Shown here one piece after another: positions 19,883 through 27,852 of a DNA stretch of 64,000 bases; position 1 is the stretch's first letter; every line of letters starts with the position of its first letter. Source of the stretch: a virus; IMG/VR virus record IMGVR_UViG_3300037189_014399, positions 40,859-104,858 of that record. One strand, given 5' to 3'. A program made the position numbers and the translations under genes. Under the pieces are notes generated by a model, which worked only from the letters and a program-made list of their open reading frames with translations, had not been told where the DNA came from and did not search any database.

Positions 19883-20482
19883 TTATACACTGAATCTAAT
19901 AGTCTCTTTGTCTGGAAGAGAAGCAGTAATCGATATATTTGGCGGTTGAGTGACTGGGTAGATTTTATCAAGTACATCAGGCAATAGCTCTGAATACACT
20001 CGAATAGTATAGACGTTACTAAACAATCTTTTATCCTGTTCAGTTCTGTCTCTTTTGACGTAGCCTAAGAAGTCCACACGTCGGGCTGTGCCGTCTTGTG
20101 GAATTAGTAGCTGGCCAAATCTAAATGGGATATATCCCGGGGATAGCAGAGTGGCAATGATCTGTCGATCATGCTGTGGATATCTGCAGTATGTTGTTAT
20201 CTGATAGTCAAGGTTTACTGGGATTGGATACCAGGTTTTAGCAACCTCGGTAGCTCCCTCAGGAATATATGAAGTCTCTACATATCCTCTGTGGGCACGA
20301 TCATTGGCTTCAGATACATCTATAAGTTCAATAGTGATGTATGGGTAAGACTGCTGACGAATAGCAAGGTCTGGCTGACCGTAGAAGACAGCCACTGGAC
20401 GATTAGGGTTTGCCTGATCTGAGACAGTGATGCCTTTTAGCAATTCTTTTACAGCAGCATCTTCATTGAGAAGGAATGTCAT
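19883..20482 (-). CDS. tail terminator/completion protein
   Basis: Directly upstream of sheath; YPYITI, PVNLDYQITTY pattern. Confidence 0.65.
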   Translation of the reverse strand: MTFLLNEDAAVKELLKGITVSDQANPNRPVAVFYGQPDLAIRQQSYPYITIELIDVSEANDRAHRGYVETSYIPEGATEVAKTWYPIPVNLDYQITTYCRYPQHDRQIIATLLSPGYIPFRFGQLLIPQDGTARRVDFLGYVKRDRTEQDKRLFSNVYTIRVYSELLPDVLDKIYPVTQPPNISITASLPDKETIRFSV

Positions 20483-20793
20483 AGTAGGCCCTCTTCTTCA
20501 AAGGCAAGATCAAACTCAGCAGTTATATCGTCTTCACTTATGTCATTTAAGAATCGACGGATGAATGGATCTGCTGGCTCGCCTTCAGGGCCGAACTCGT
20601 CATCATAGATCTCATCACTGTGATGATAGGGAAAGTTGGCTTCAAAGATATCTTCTTCATGAGAGATCTCAAGCATGCGGCCGTAAGACTTACCTACAGT
20701 CTCGGCTTCGTACTGAATCTTTGCAGTTAGGGTTTGATCTAACCGTTTATCTGCTACTCCAAATGCGTTTAGGACTCTGGCTCTGATGGTCAC
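20479..20793 (-). CDS. neck-region hypothetical protein
   Basis: Translationally coupled ORF; DEFG...P..PFIRRF. Confidence 0.55.
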   Translation of the reverse strand: MTIRARVLNAFGVADKRLDQTLTAKIQYEAETVGKSYGRMLEISHEEDIFEANFPYHHSDEIYDDEFGPEGEPADPFIRRFLNDISEDDITAEFDLAFEEEGLL

Positions 20794-20948
20794 TTAGTCC
20801 GCCTTGAAGCTAGGTACCCTGCAATTAAACCAACGGCAATTTTTGTATTTGCCTTCTTAGGGTCTGCAGATCCCGTAACTCCACGGATAAACTCTCGGCG
20901 GTCAGCCTCGGACTCCTCACGTAGGAGGCGTCGAACTAGCATAATCAT
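20790..20948 (-). CDS. small hypothetical protein (52 aa)
   Basis: Hand translated MIMLVRRLLREESEADRREFIRG...ASRRTK; GGAGG 6 nt upstream; GTGA overlap with the next gene. Confidence 0.7.
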   Translation of the reverse strand: MIMLVRRLLREESEADRREFIRGVTGSADPKKANTKIAVGLIAGYLASRRTK

Positions 20949-21018
20949 CAAAATCCTCCAGTAGAAGGCGCAGGGTCTTGCAGCAAAATCCCAAGGGTTT
21001 GGGCGTCAAGACAAGGAT

Positions 21019-21045
21019 AAAGCAAAGGCCCCCAGTTGGGGGCCT
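21019..21045 (-). terminator. intrinsic terminator
   Basis: AGGCCCCCA/TGGGGGCCT inverted repeat followed by a T-rich run on the minus strand. Confidence 0.75.
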
Positions 21046-21050
21046 AAGCA

Positions 21051-21194
21051 TTACTTCTTCTTGACAGCCTTTTTCTTAGTTGTCTTCTTGACCTTCTTAG
21101 CTAGCTTGGCATCATTCTTTTCATCCTGAGCCTCAAACTTTTTCTTCTGAGCTGGGGTCATGCCCTTTTCAAACTTGCTATCTTTGTGTGCCAT
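21051..21194 (-). CDS. Lys-rich microprotein (47 aa)
   Basis: MAHKDSKFEKGMTPAQKKKF...KKAVKKK; TAATG coupling; missed by the ORF track. Confidence 0.8.
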   Translation of the reverse strand: MAHKDSKFEKGMTPAQKKKFEAQDEKNDAKLAKKVKKTTKKKAVKKK

Positions 21195-21334
21195 TACATT
21201 CCCTTCTTACGGTTCATTGACTTCTTCTTGGCTGGGGCAGGGGCTGACTTCTTAGCAAACTTCTTATTTGCTGCAGACAGGGTCTTCTCCCCATGCTTAG
21301 CTTTTGGCTTCATGCAGCCACAGGTAGCGCACAT
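21194..21334 (-). CDS. CxxCGC Lys-rich microprotein (46 aa)
   Basis: MCATCGCMKPKAKHG...NRKKGM; TAATG coupling at both ends. Confidence 0.8.
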   Translation of the reverse strand: MCATCGCMKPKAKHGEKTLSAANKKFAKKSAPAPAKKKSMNRKKGM

Positions 21335-21510
21335 TACTTCTTCTTCTTTCTTAGAGCAGCAAAGTCAGATCCCTCTAACTCACCGTTGTTATTTGCATCA
21401 AGCTTCTTTTGCTTAGCTGTAAGGGGTTTCTTAGCAGCTTTCTTTTTACCCTTTTTGCAGGCACCTTTGCAGCCAGGCTTTGAGCAGCCACATCCACATG
21501 ATTTACACAT
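21334..21510 (-). CDS. Cys-rich, Lys-rich microprotein with EF-hand-like loop (58 aa)
   Basis: MCKSCGCGCSKPGCKGAC...LDANNNGELEGSDF...KKKK; TAATG coupling at both ends. Confidence 0.8.
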   Translation of the reverse strand: MCKSCGCGCSKPGCKGACKKGKKKAAKKPLTAKQKKLDANNNGELEGSDFAALRKKKK

Positions 21511-21716
21511 TATTTTTTACCTTTCTTATGGGGGTTCTTCTTATGCCATTCTTTAGTAGCTTTGACGCCTTGCTTTACTGTCTTAGCTCCGGCCTTCTCA
21601 GTAAGATTAATCTTATCCCACTTTGGGTCGTTCTTACCGGCGTGATCAACTATCACATCGCCTTTTTTATTCTTCTTGACCTCGTGGACCTTGCCACTAA
21701 CTTTTATTTTTGCCAT
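21510..21716 (-). CDS. Lys-rich small protein
   Basis: 68 aa, strongly basic, TAATG-coupled. Confidence 0.8.
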   Translation of the reverse strand: MAKIKVSGKVHEVKKNKKGDVIVDHAGKNDPKWDKINLTEKAGAKTVKQGVKATKEWHKKNPHKKGKK

Positions 21717-23044
21717 TATTGAGCCAAGTAACTTCCCGATAAGTTAAAGGTTGTAGAGGTAGCAAAGTTACCAAGAAGGTTTTTAGTCAATGGGTCAAGT
21801 ACTAGCTTGTTTCCAGGACCACCTGCGCTCTGCCCGTAGAGGGTAATAGTTGTAGAGCCAGCGGTTGTTGTGCCCACAATTGGGTAGATGGTTCCACCGA
21901 TATTGAGAGTGCCTGAGAGGCTTGATGGGCCATAAGCTGCAACTGGCAGTGTGAGGGTATAGGCACCTGTTCCAAAGTTAGAGACGTTGGTGCAAGCAAC
22001 TGCAATCTGGAATTGGATAATCTTGCCAGTTCTTGCGTAGTAGCTAGTAGTAGGTGTGCCACTAAAAATAAGACCAGTACCCGCCCATGTAGACGTGTAA
22101 GAGGTATTAGCTGGTGAGACGTAAGCTGTGGTCTGGCTAGTAGAGTCGTTATAGTTAACTGTAGTAACAGCTAGAGTAGGCAACTGAGCCTGAGCAATTC
22201 CGTCAATATTAAAAACACCGTTGTTAATGGTAATGCCGGCATTACTACCTAATGATTGATCTGTAATATATATGGTTCCGGGCCCGACGTGTATAGACTT
22301 CCAACGAAGAGCATCTGAACCTAAGTTGTAGGTATTATCTAGGGCAGGAATTACATCCGTAGAAATATTATTAAGGCTGGCTGCTTGAGCAAAGACAATG
22401 TTGTCCGTGCCAATCTTAATGCCGTAATCAACCATAGTTCCTGTCAAACTCTCAAAGAACGTTTTGTTTCCATTAAGAGTTCCATAAAGAACAAGTACTT
22501 GATCGCCTTGAGATACTTGACCTTGAACACTATTATCATAATCAGTAGCACGGGTAAGAATAGGTGTTAGACCAGCAACCATACGGGTTGCCACATAGAT
22601 ACCATTTTGTTTAGCATCTACTTGGTCTTTAATAAGAACACGGTCATTTGGAGCAATAGTGCGACTATCAAGTCCAATAACCCCCGGTGTAGTCGATGTA
22701 AAGTTTGCACCAACACCGGTTCCACCATCAGCGCCTGCGCTACCTGCGTGGTAAGTCCAAACACCGCTAAGAGGTGCAGTAGTGGCAGCAACAACCGCAG
22801 CGTGAATATTGGTTGTGCCTGCAGGACCTGTAGGTCCTGTTGCTCCTACTGCTCCCGTGGATCCAGTGGCACCAGCTGGTCCAGTTGGGCCCACAGCTCC
22901 TGTGGATCCAGTTGGGCCAGTTGCTCCCGTTGCTCCTGCACTTCCTGCAGCACCTGTAGGTCCAGTCGTTCCCGTGTCACCCTTTGCTCCAACCGGTCCT
23001 TGTGGACCAACTCCTCCGCTATTTGAATAATGAATGTTTGCCAT
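21716..23044 (-). CDS. collagen-like fibre protein
   Basis: N-terminal Gly-X-Y run; [21 protein letters not shown] module; beta-rich C-terminal tip. Confidence 0.82.
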   Translation of the reverse strand: MANIHYSNSGGVGPQGPVGAKGDTGTTGPTGAAGSAGATGATGPTGSTGAVGPTGPAGATGSTGAVGATGPTGPAGTTNIHAAVVAATTAPLSGVWTYHAGSAGADGGTGVGANFTSTTPGVIGLDSRTIAPNDRVLIKDQVDAKQNGIYVATRMVAGLTPILTRATDYDNSVQGQVSQGDQVLVLYGTLNGNKTFFESLTGTMVDYGIKIGTDNIVFAQAASLNNISTDVIPALDNTYNLGSDALRWKSIHVGPGTIYITDQSLGSNAGITINNGVFNIDGIAQAQLPTLAVTTVNYNDSTSQTTAYVSPANTSYTSTWAGTGLIFSGTPTTSYYARTGKIIQFQIAVACTNVSNFGTGAYTLTLPVAAYGPSSLSGTLNIGGTIYPIVGTTTAGSTTITLYGQSAGGPGNKLVLDPLTKNLLGNFATSTTFNLSGSYLAQ

Positions 23045-23322
23045 TATCGATTAACCTTTAGAACTGCTACGTAACCTGCTCCACTTGAAGATAACGCATA
23101 AACTTCATCTGTTGTGTAAAGGTTATCAATTGTAAGCGCTCCACCGGCAACGATTGAGCAACCGTAGGATGTAGAAGTTAATCCAGCCCCACCAACATAT
23201 ACTGTTGTTGACCCAAGATTTTGTATTTGAATGGTGCAGCTTAATCCAGATTCAGCTCCAGCTTCTGTAACCATTACAGGGGTAGTGTCATTTACTGCTA
23301 TACGTGCATGTGATAGTGGCAT
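23044..23322 (-). CDS. small beta-rich virion protein
   Basis: [13 protein letters not shown] pattern typical of small phage structural proteins. Confidence 0.55.
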   Translation of the reverse strand: MPLSHARIAVNDTTPVMVTEAGAESGLSCTIQIQNLGSTTVYVGGAGLTSTSYGCSIVAGGALTIDNLYTTDEVYALSSSGAGYVAVLKVNR

Positions 23323-23331
23323 TTCATTCCT

Positions 23332-23895
23332 TTAGTTAGCTGCGTTATAACTTGCATACTGTAAAAATTGTGGATCATTATCCATTTCTTCAGGGTTAAC
23401 CTGTAGACAATCAATGGTACATATTGTGTACTTACCCTTAATTATACCCTTTTGAGTTATCTGATCGGGTGTAAATACTTCATTTCTAAATACAACACGA
23501 TCACGTAGGAAGTGGTCTGGGTTAGCCATGAGCTGATCAAGACGATCAATGGACGGGAATACTGATCCGGATACCTGGCTGTTCTCTTCTAAGATATCCA
23601 TGTTAAGAGTGATGCGAAGAACGTCAGTGTTATAGAAACCACGGTCAGTCTGCATTGTCACACCCTGGAACAAGGCGGCACGAATTACCGGAATCTTATG
23701 TGGCCCATTAAAGTAGCGACCCCCATGAGCAGATCCAACGTCATAGACTGGATCAACTACGGTTCTCTCCGGGTCGTAGAACCACCAGTCAATGTACTGA
23801 CCTACGGTGTAGACCAGCTCGCTATTGGTGCCCGCAATAATAGACTCACGCTCTGAATCTATATTGAAACGACCTTCTACTCTTTGTCCACGCAT
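23332..23895 (-). CDS. putative head-closure/neck protein
   Basis: 187 aa; position and beta-barrel-like pattern (DRVVFRNEVF); apparent leaderless start. Confidence 0.5.
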   Translation of the reverse strand: MRGQRVEGRFNIDSERESIIAGTNSELVYTVGQYIDWWFYDPERTVVDPVYDVGSAHGGRYFNGPHKIPVIRAALFQGVTMQTDRGFYNTDVLRITLNMDILEENSQVSGSVFPSIDRLDQLMANPDHFLRDRVVFRNEVFTPDQITQKGIIKGKYTICTIDCLQVNPEEMDNDPQFLQYASYNAAN

Positions 23896-23901
23896 ATGAG
23901 C

Positions 23902-23930
23902 ATTGTTCCTTATCTACCCTGACCTGTCAG
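23902..23930 (-). promoter_or_regulatory. candidate promoter CTGACA-17-AACAAT, leaderless start at 23895
   Basis: Exact 17-nt spacer; ATG 6 nt downstream with no SD. Confidence 0.45.
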
Positions 23931-24752
23931 GCCATGCAAGATCTCTGATCTAACTATGTCTTTGATTCCCAAAGCATTTTGATATGGGAACCTATTTCTA
24001 GCTATCTTCTTTGGTGTCTCTATTAGGGCGTCTGAGTACTCGGCTAGTACCTCTACTCCGTACTCCTTGTACAGGGTTAAGATCGTATCTAGATCAGTAT
24101 CAATACCAGAGCATACGTCGTAAGTAAGATTTGCTAGTCCATCTAGGACTATGGATAAAGCAAGCACATTTATGTTAGCCACATCCATAACGTGAGAGTA
24201 ATCTCTAGGGAATGTCTTTCTGTTCACTATAAAGGGTTTGCTGTCCCTTACACAGGATCTAATAACGTCAAATACATTCCCAACCTGGTATTGACTTGGA
24301 GGCTCTATTAAACCACCTACGTTAAAGTATCTAAGGATTATGTGATTAACTTTAGATTCTTTTAAGAGCTGTTCAAAAATAGACTTTGATCTTGAATAGG
24401 GATTTTCCCCATAGTAAACCGCAGCACTTGAAGCAAACACCATGGGGATATTCAACTGCTCACAGACCCTTAATAGGTTTAGACTAGACACTAGATTATT
24501 AAAATAATACTCAGTAGGATTATTCTTTGAGTCAGGTATGCTTTTAAGTGCAGCCAAATGCAACACCGCCTTGATGTTATTAGTCACTATAAGATTATAG
24601 AGATCTTTATAATCTATTAAGTCTGTAGGGTTATTAGAATGGATGTCTATAGGTAATGAGTTAGAAAGAAGACTTAAGGTAGCTCTTCCTATATACCCGT
24701 CTCCCCCAGTTATAAGAACCCTACTGTTGTTGCTTAAGGACTTCTGCTCCAT
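23910..24752 (-). CDS. galE: NAD-dependent NDP-sugar 4-epimerase (GalE-like)
   Basis: VLITGGDGYIG, HLAA, SSAAVY, YSRSK (YxxxK), LRYFNVGG. Confidence 0.88.
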   Translation of the reverse strand: MEQKSLSNNSRVLITGGDGYIGRATLSLLSNSLPIDIHSNNPTDLIDYKDLYNLIVTNNIKAVLHLAALKSIPDSKNNPTEYYFNNLVSSLNLLRVCEQLNIPMVFASSAAVYYGENPYSRSKSIFEQLLKESKVNHIILRYFNVGGLIEPPSQYQVGNVFDVIRSCVRDSKPFIVNRKTFPRDYSHVMDVANINVLALSIVLDGLANLTYDVCSGIDTDLDTILTLYKEYGVEVLAEYSDALIETPKKIARNRFPYQNALGIKDIVRSEILHGLTGQGR

Positions 24753-25638
24753 TAGACAGAATCCTTCCGTTTACAAAATCCAACCCACAGTAATCACCAT
24801 AGTCTTTTAGACTTCGTTGTGTGCCAAGGCGATATTCCCCAGTCAGGGCTTCTGTTAAAACAAGTTTTATCTCATCTATAGACACTTGGTTTAGAGACGC
24901 ACACAACTCTGGAAAATCTGGACACACCTGCCTACGTTTATTGTCCTTATCAGCTTCCCAATAAAGGTGGTACATAAACTGTCTGGTTGGAACCATTAAG
25001 GTATACCCCATAGTAAACGCACGAGCAGCCATAAAGATTTCTTCACCGTCAGCAAAGATAAGTTCATTAGGTTTCATAAACTCACCCTCTACAAATATGG
25101 ATCCACCAGAGACGCTAAGTGAGGTGTGTAAAAATTCCTTTGGGGCATAAGATCCTTGCATAGGTGTTCTGAACAACTTAAATCGTTCTGGATCTTTCCA
25201 GTAGAACTGAGTAACTACATCCTCAACTTGCCTTACTACCTCATTACCACCCTCATACCAGTATAGCTTTGGGTAGTTTGTTATAAGCGGTTTTTCTACA
25301 CCCTCTGACTTATAAAAGTCCATAAGGTTTATTAAATAACTGTCCCAGTTCCTATCAAACCTACTATGAGAATCTACCTGTAAATAGTAATCCTCACCAG
25401 AATAAAATTGATGGGCTATAGCTCTTCCTTTACCCATACCTAAATTATCTGGAGCCTTACTGTAAAATACTTTTACATTTGGTAGGTTAGGAACCTCTAT
25501 TGTGTTTTCTTCAAAGAAGATTGAGTGAACACCAAAGTTAATCGTGTTAATTCCAGAAGCTTTTTCTATAGCATCAAAAATTGTCTTACTTAATTCTTGA
25601 TCATGATAAGAAGTAATCTGTATGAAAATACTTTTCAT
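24721..25638 (-). CDS. GT60-like glycosyltransferase (Skp1-hydroxyproline GlcNAc-transferase family)
   Basis: IFIQITSYHD.EL..TI, GEDYYLQVDSHSRF...WD, GEE, RAFT.GY, YHLY motifs of the Gnt1/GlcNAc-T family. Confidence 0.82.
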   Translation of the reverse strand: MKSIFIQITSYHDQELSKTIFDAIEKASGINTINFGVHSIFFEENTIEVPNLPNVKVFYSKAPDNLGMGKGRAIAHQFYSGEDYYLQVDSHSRFDRNWDSYLINLMDFYKSEGVEKPLITNYPKLYWYEGGNEVVRQVEDVVTQFYWKDPERFKLFRTPMQGSYAPKEFLHTSLSVSGGSIFVEGEFMKPNELIFADGEEIFMAARAFTMGYTLMVPTRQFMYHLYWEADKDNKRRQVCPDFPELCASLNQVSIDEIKLVLTEALTGEYRLGTQRSLKDYGDYCGLDFVNGRILSNGAEVLKQQQ

Positions 25639-26609
25639 TAGTCACTCCATACTGCGTGTGAGCAAGTAGTGCATAGTGTTTTAAATGAATGTTCTATCAT
25701 CTCTATGCGCCGATTGCTTTCCCAAATCTCCTTTATAGAAGAGTCGTTTACGTTTCCAAAAACAGTTTCAAAGTCATAGTCATTACAGCAGATAAACACA
25801 TCACCATTAGCGTTTACATGTAACCAGGTTTTGGTTCTATCTCCCATGTTAGTACAGCCAACAACCTTTGTTCCTTTTTTATTGTACCTTTCAATTGCTG
25901 GCATATTTGTCATTACTTTTGCTTTGTCTAGGTACCCGGCACGATCAACTAACCCAATATTTGAAAACACATTAATGGTAGGAAAGATTCTTTTAAAATC
26001 TCTAAGGGCATTTGAAAGATCTCCAGTCTCAGGAGATAGATCTAAGACAGGCATATTTTCTAGGGGTTGCATCCATCCCCCATTTACAGGTAAAGACCTT
26101 TCATCAATTCCGTTTACTTGAATTGATAGCATATGGGCAGGAAGTTGAGACACCGCATAATTTAAATTATCCGTTACCCGGTTATGAATCTTTGGGTTCT
26201 TTCCAGTCATCCTTGACCATACCTCTGGATCTGCAGAGGGAATATTAAAGTTAATTAGATCGACAACATCCTGATACTCTTTTATAAGATCAGTCTTCTC
26301 CGGTGTTAGGGGAATGCCATTTGTTAAAACCATAGTTCTAAGAGATAGTTCACGAAGTAGGTCCAGCATCCCATGAAAGTCTTTGTATAAAAGAACTTCG
26401 TTATAGTGCGCTGTATATACAAACGTAAACTGAGGGGAAACAAAATCTCCCATTCCCTCTTTAAGCTGGGTAAGGATACTTCTTACTGTCTCTAGTGGCA
26501 TGTTCTTTCTTCCAACCTCAGGGTTGGGAGAGTATGCCACAGGACAAAACCAACAACCTGAATTACACAGGCCATTTGGATCTAGTTGAAGTAACTGAAT
26601 CTGTGACAT
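25638..26609 (-). CDS. radical SAM protein with SPASM/twitch domain
   Basis: CNSGCWFC (CxxxCxxC), LTNG, C-terminal GC...NGDVFICC..GN..IW..CTTC; likely start ATG 26609. Confidence 0.9.
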   Translation of the reverse strand: MSQIQLLQLDPNGLCNSGCWFCPVAYSPNPEVGRKNMPLETVRSILTQLKEGMGDFVSPQFTFVYTAHYNEVLLYKDFHGMLDLLRELSLRTMVLTNGIPLTPEKTDLIKEYQDVVDLINFNIPSADPEVWSRMTGKNPKIHNRVTDNLNYAVSQLPAHMLSIQVNGIDERSLPVNGGWMQPLENMPVLDLSPETGDLSNALRDFKRIFPTINVFSNIGLVDRAGYLDKAKVMTNMPAIERYNKKGTKVVGCTNMGDRTKTWLHVNANGDVFICCNDYDFETVFGNVNDSSIKEIWESNRRIEMIEHSFKTLCTTCSHAVWSD

Positions 26610-26613
26610 TAAG

Positions 26614-27222
26614 TTAATTCCACCACGCAACTACGGCATATCGAAGTCCTGAGATTACAGGGTGTACGCTATGGTTATAGATGTAGTTAGATGGAAACAT
26701 AATCATTTGATTAGCTTTTGGTTTAATCTTTAAACCAAATCTAGGGAATTCAATTTCCCCACCTTCATAGTCTTCATTAAGATAGAAGCTCATAGATACT
26801 GTTCTTGGAAAGGCCCTAGAATCATCAAAGTGATTTATAAAGTGATTGTCTTTTCCATACTTAAGTATCTGCCAACCTTCTGATACGTACCATTGTCCTG
26901 CAGCATGACTGTTCTTATAGTGAAGGATGGCTTCATTAAGTTCCTCATTTAAAAGATCATGAAGAGCAAGCATGGCTCCACCACTTGTGTTTCTAAGCTC
27001 TGGATTGGCATCGTATGCCGGCAATGACATTACTTTACAATCACGAATGCTCTTTACAGCTTTTGGTGAGTCTTCCTCCTGCCCGCTGCTTTGGTTAGCT
27101 TCAGCCCAAGCTAGGTTATTGATCTCTACTAGCCCTTCAAGGTCTGAAATAAAACCAGCGGGATCAGACATAACATTGGTGTAACTAACAATACCTGGTG
27201 CTAGTACTTCTACCTCAAACAT
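26614..27222 (-). CDS. 2OG-Fe(II) oxygenase, prolyl 4-hydroxylase-like
   Basis: QILKY...HFD (HxD), YLNEDYEGGEIEF, HSVHPV, RY; P4Hc-type fold. Confidence 0.88.
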   Translation of the reverse strand: MFEVEVLAPGIVSYTNVMSDPAGFISDLEGLVEINNLAWAEANQSSGQEEDSPKAVKSIRDCKVMSLPAYDANPELRNTSGGAMLALHDLLNEELNEAILHYKNSHAAGQWYVSEGWQILKYGKDNHFINHFDDSRAFPRTVSMSFYLNEDYEGGEIEFPRFGLKIKPKANQMIMFPSNYIYNHSVHPVISGLRYAVVAWWN

Positions 27223-27454
27223 CTACTTTGCCCCACTTTCCAATTGGACATTCTGCTCCTGGAAGAGTTGTTTTAATCTTCATAAAGCATCCGCACTTCT
27301 TGCATTGTTTTGTAAGTTTAATAAGTTCTGGACATGCTTGACACATACCCCATCGCTCCTCATACACAGCATCGCTTACTCGTTCCGCTGTTGTAATAAG
27401 GTCCCAAGGTCTAGTTTCACCAAGGTTCTTCTTATAATCTTCCCATCTAGACAC
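27215..27454 (-). CDS. small Cys-rich metal-binding protein
   Basis: R...CQACP...CKKCGCFM..K......CPIGKW; six Cys. Confidence 0.75.
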   Translation of the reverse strand: MSRWEDYKKNLGETRPWDLITTAERVSDAVYEERWGMCQACPELIKLTKQCKKCGCFMKIKTTLPGAECPIGKWGKVDV

Positions 27455-27827
27455 TAGCTATTACCTCCTTGAATTCGCCGTTTACATAGCTCCAACCAGG
27501 GACTATAGCTGAAGAGTAACCAGTATCGATAGAAACGTCAATTACTGTAGGCTCTGAAGAAAGAATTGCCCACATTTTTTCATCACATTGGATGGTTTCA
27601 ATCTCTTGTTTATCCTTTATAACATCCACATAAAAAAGAGGAGGTGTTACAGGAAGTTCCTTGAATCGATCTGCGGTAAGCAAAAGGTTGGCTGCATCTA
27701 CCTCAAGTGCTAGGACCTCGGCAACCTCATTGCCTACAATAAAGGCTACAGCTCTTGATGGTATTCCTTGAAGTTTCTTTTCTACTGCGGAATCGCCGGA
27801 TCGTATATGGTCTTTTAATATAAACAT
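27447..27827 (-). CDS. hypothetical protein (possible fibre chaperone)
   Basis: Follows the fibre-like gene; ends PGWSYVNGEF like tail-fibre assembly proteins. Confidence 0.55.
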   Translation of the reverse strand: MFILKDHIRSGDSAVEKKLQGIPSRAVAFIVGNEVAEVLALEVDAANLLLTADRFKELPVTPPLFYVDVIKDKQEIETIQCDEKMWAILSSEPTVIDVSIDTGYSSAIVPGWSYVNGEFKEVIASV

Positions 27828-27852
27828 TTAATGCCTTTCGTCTAGTAGAAGT

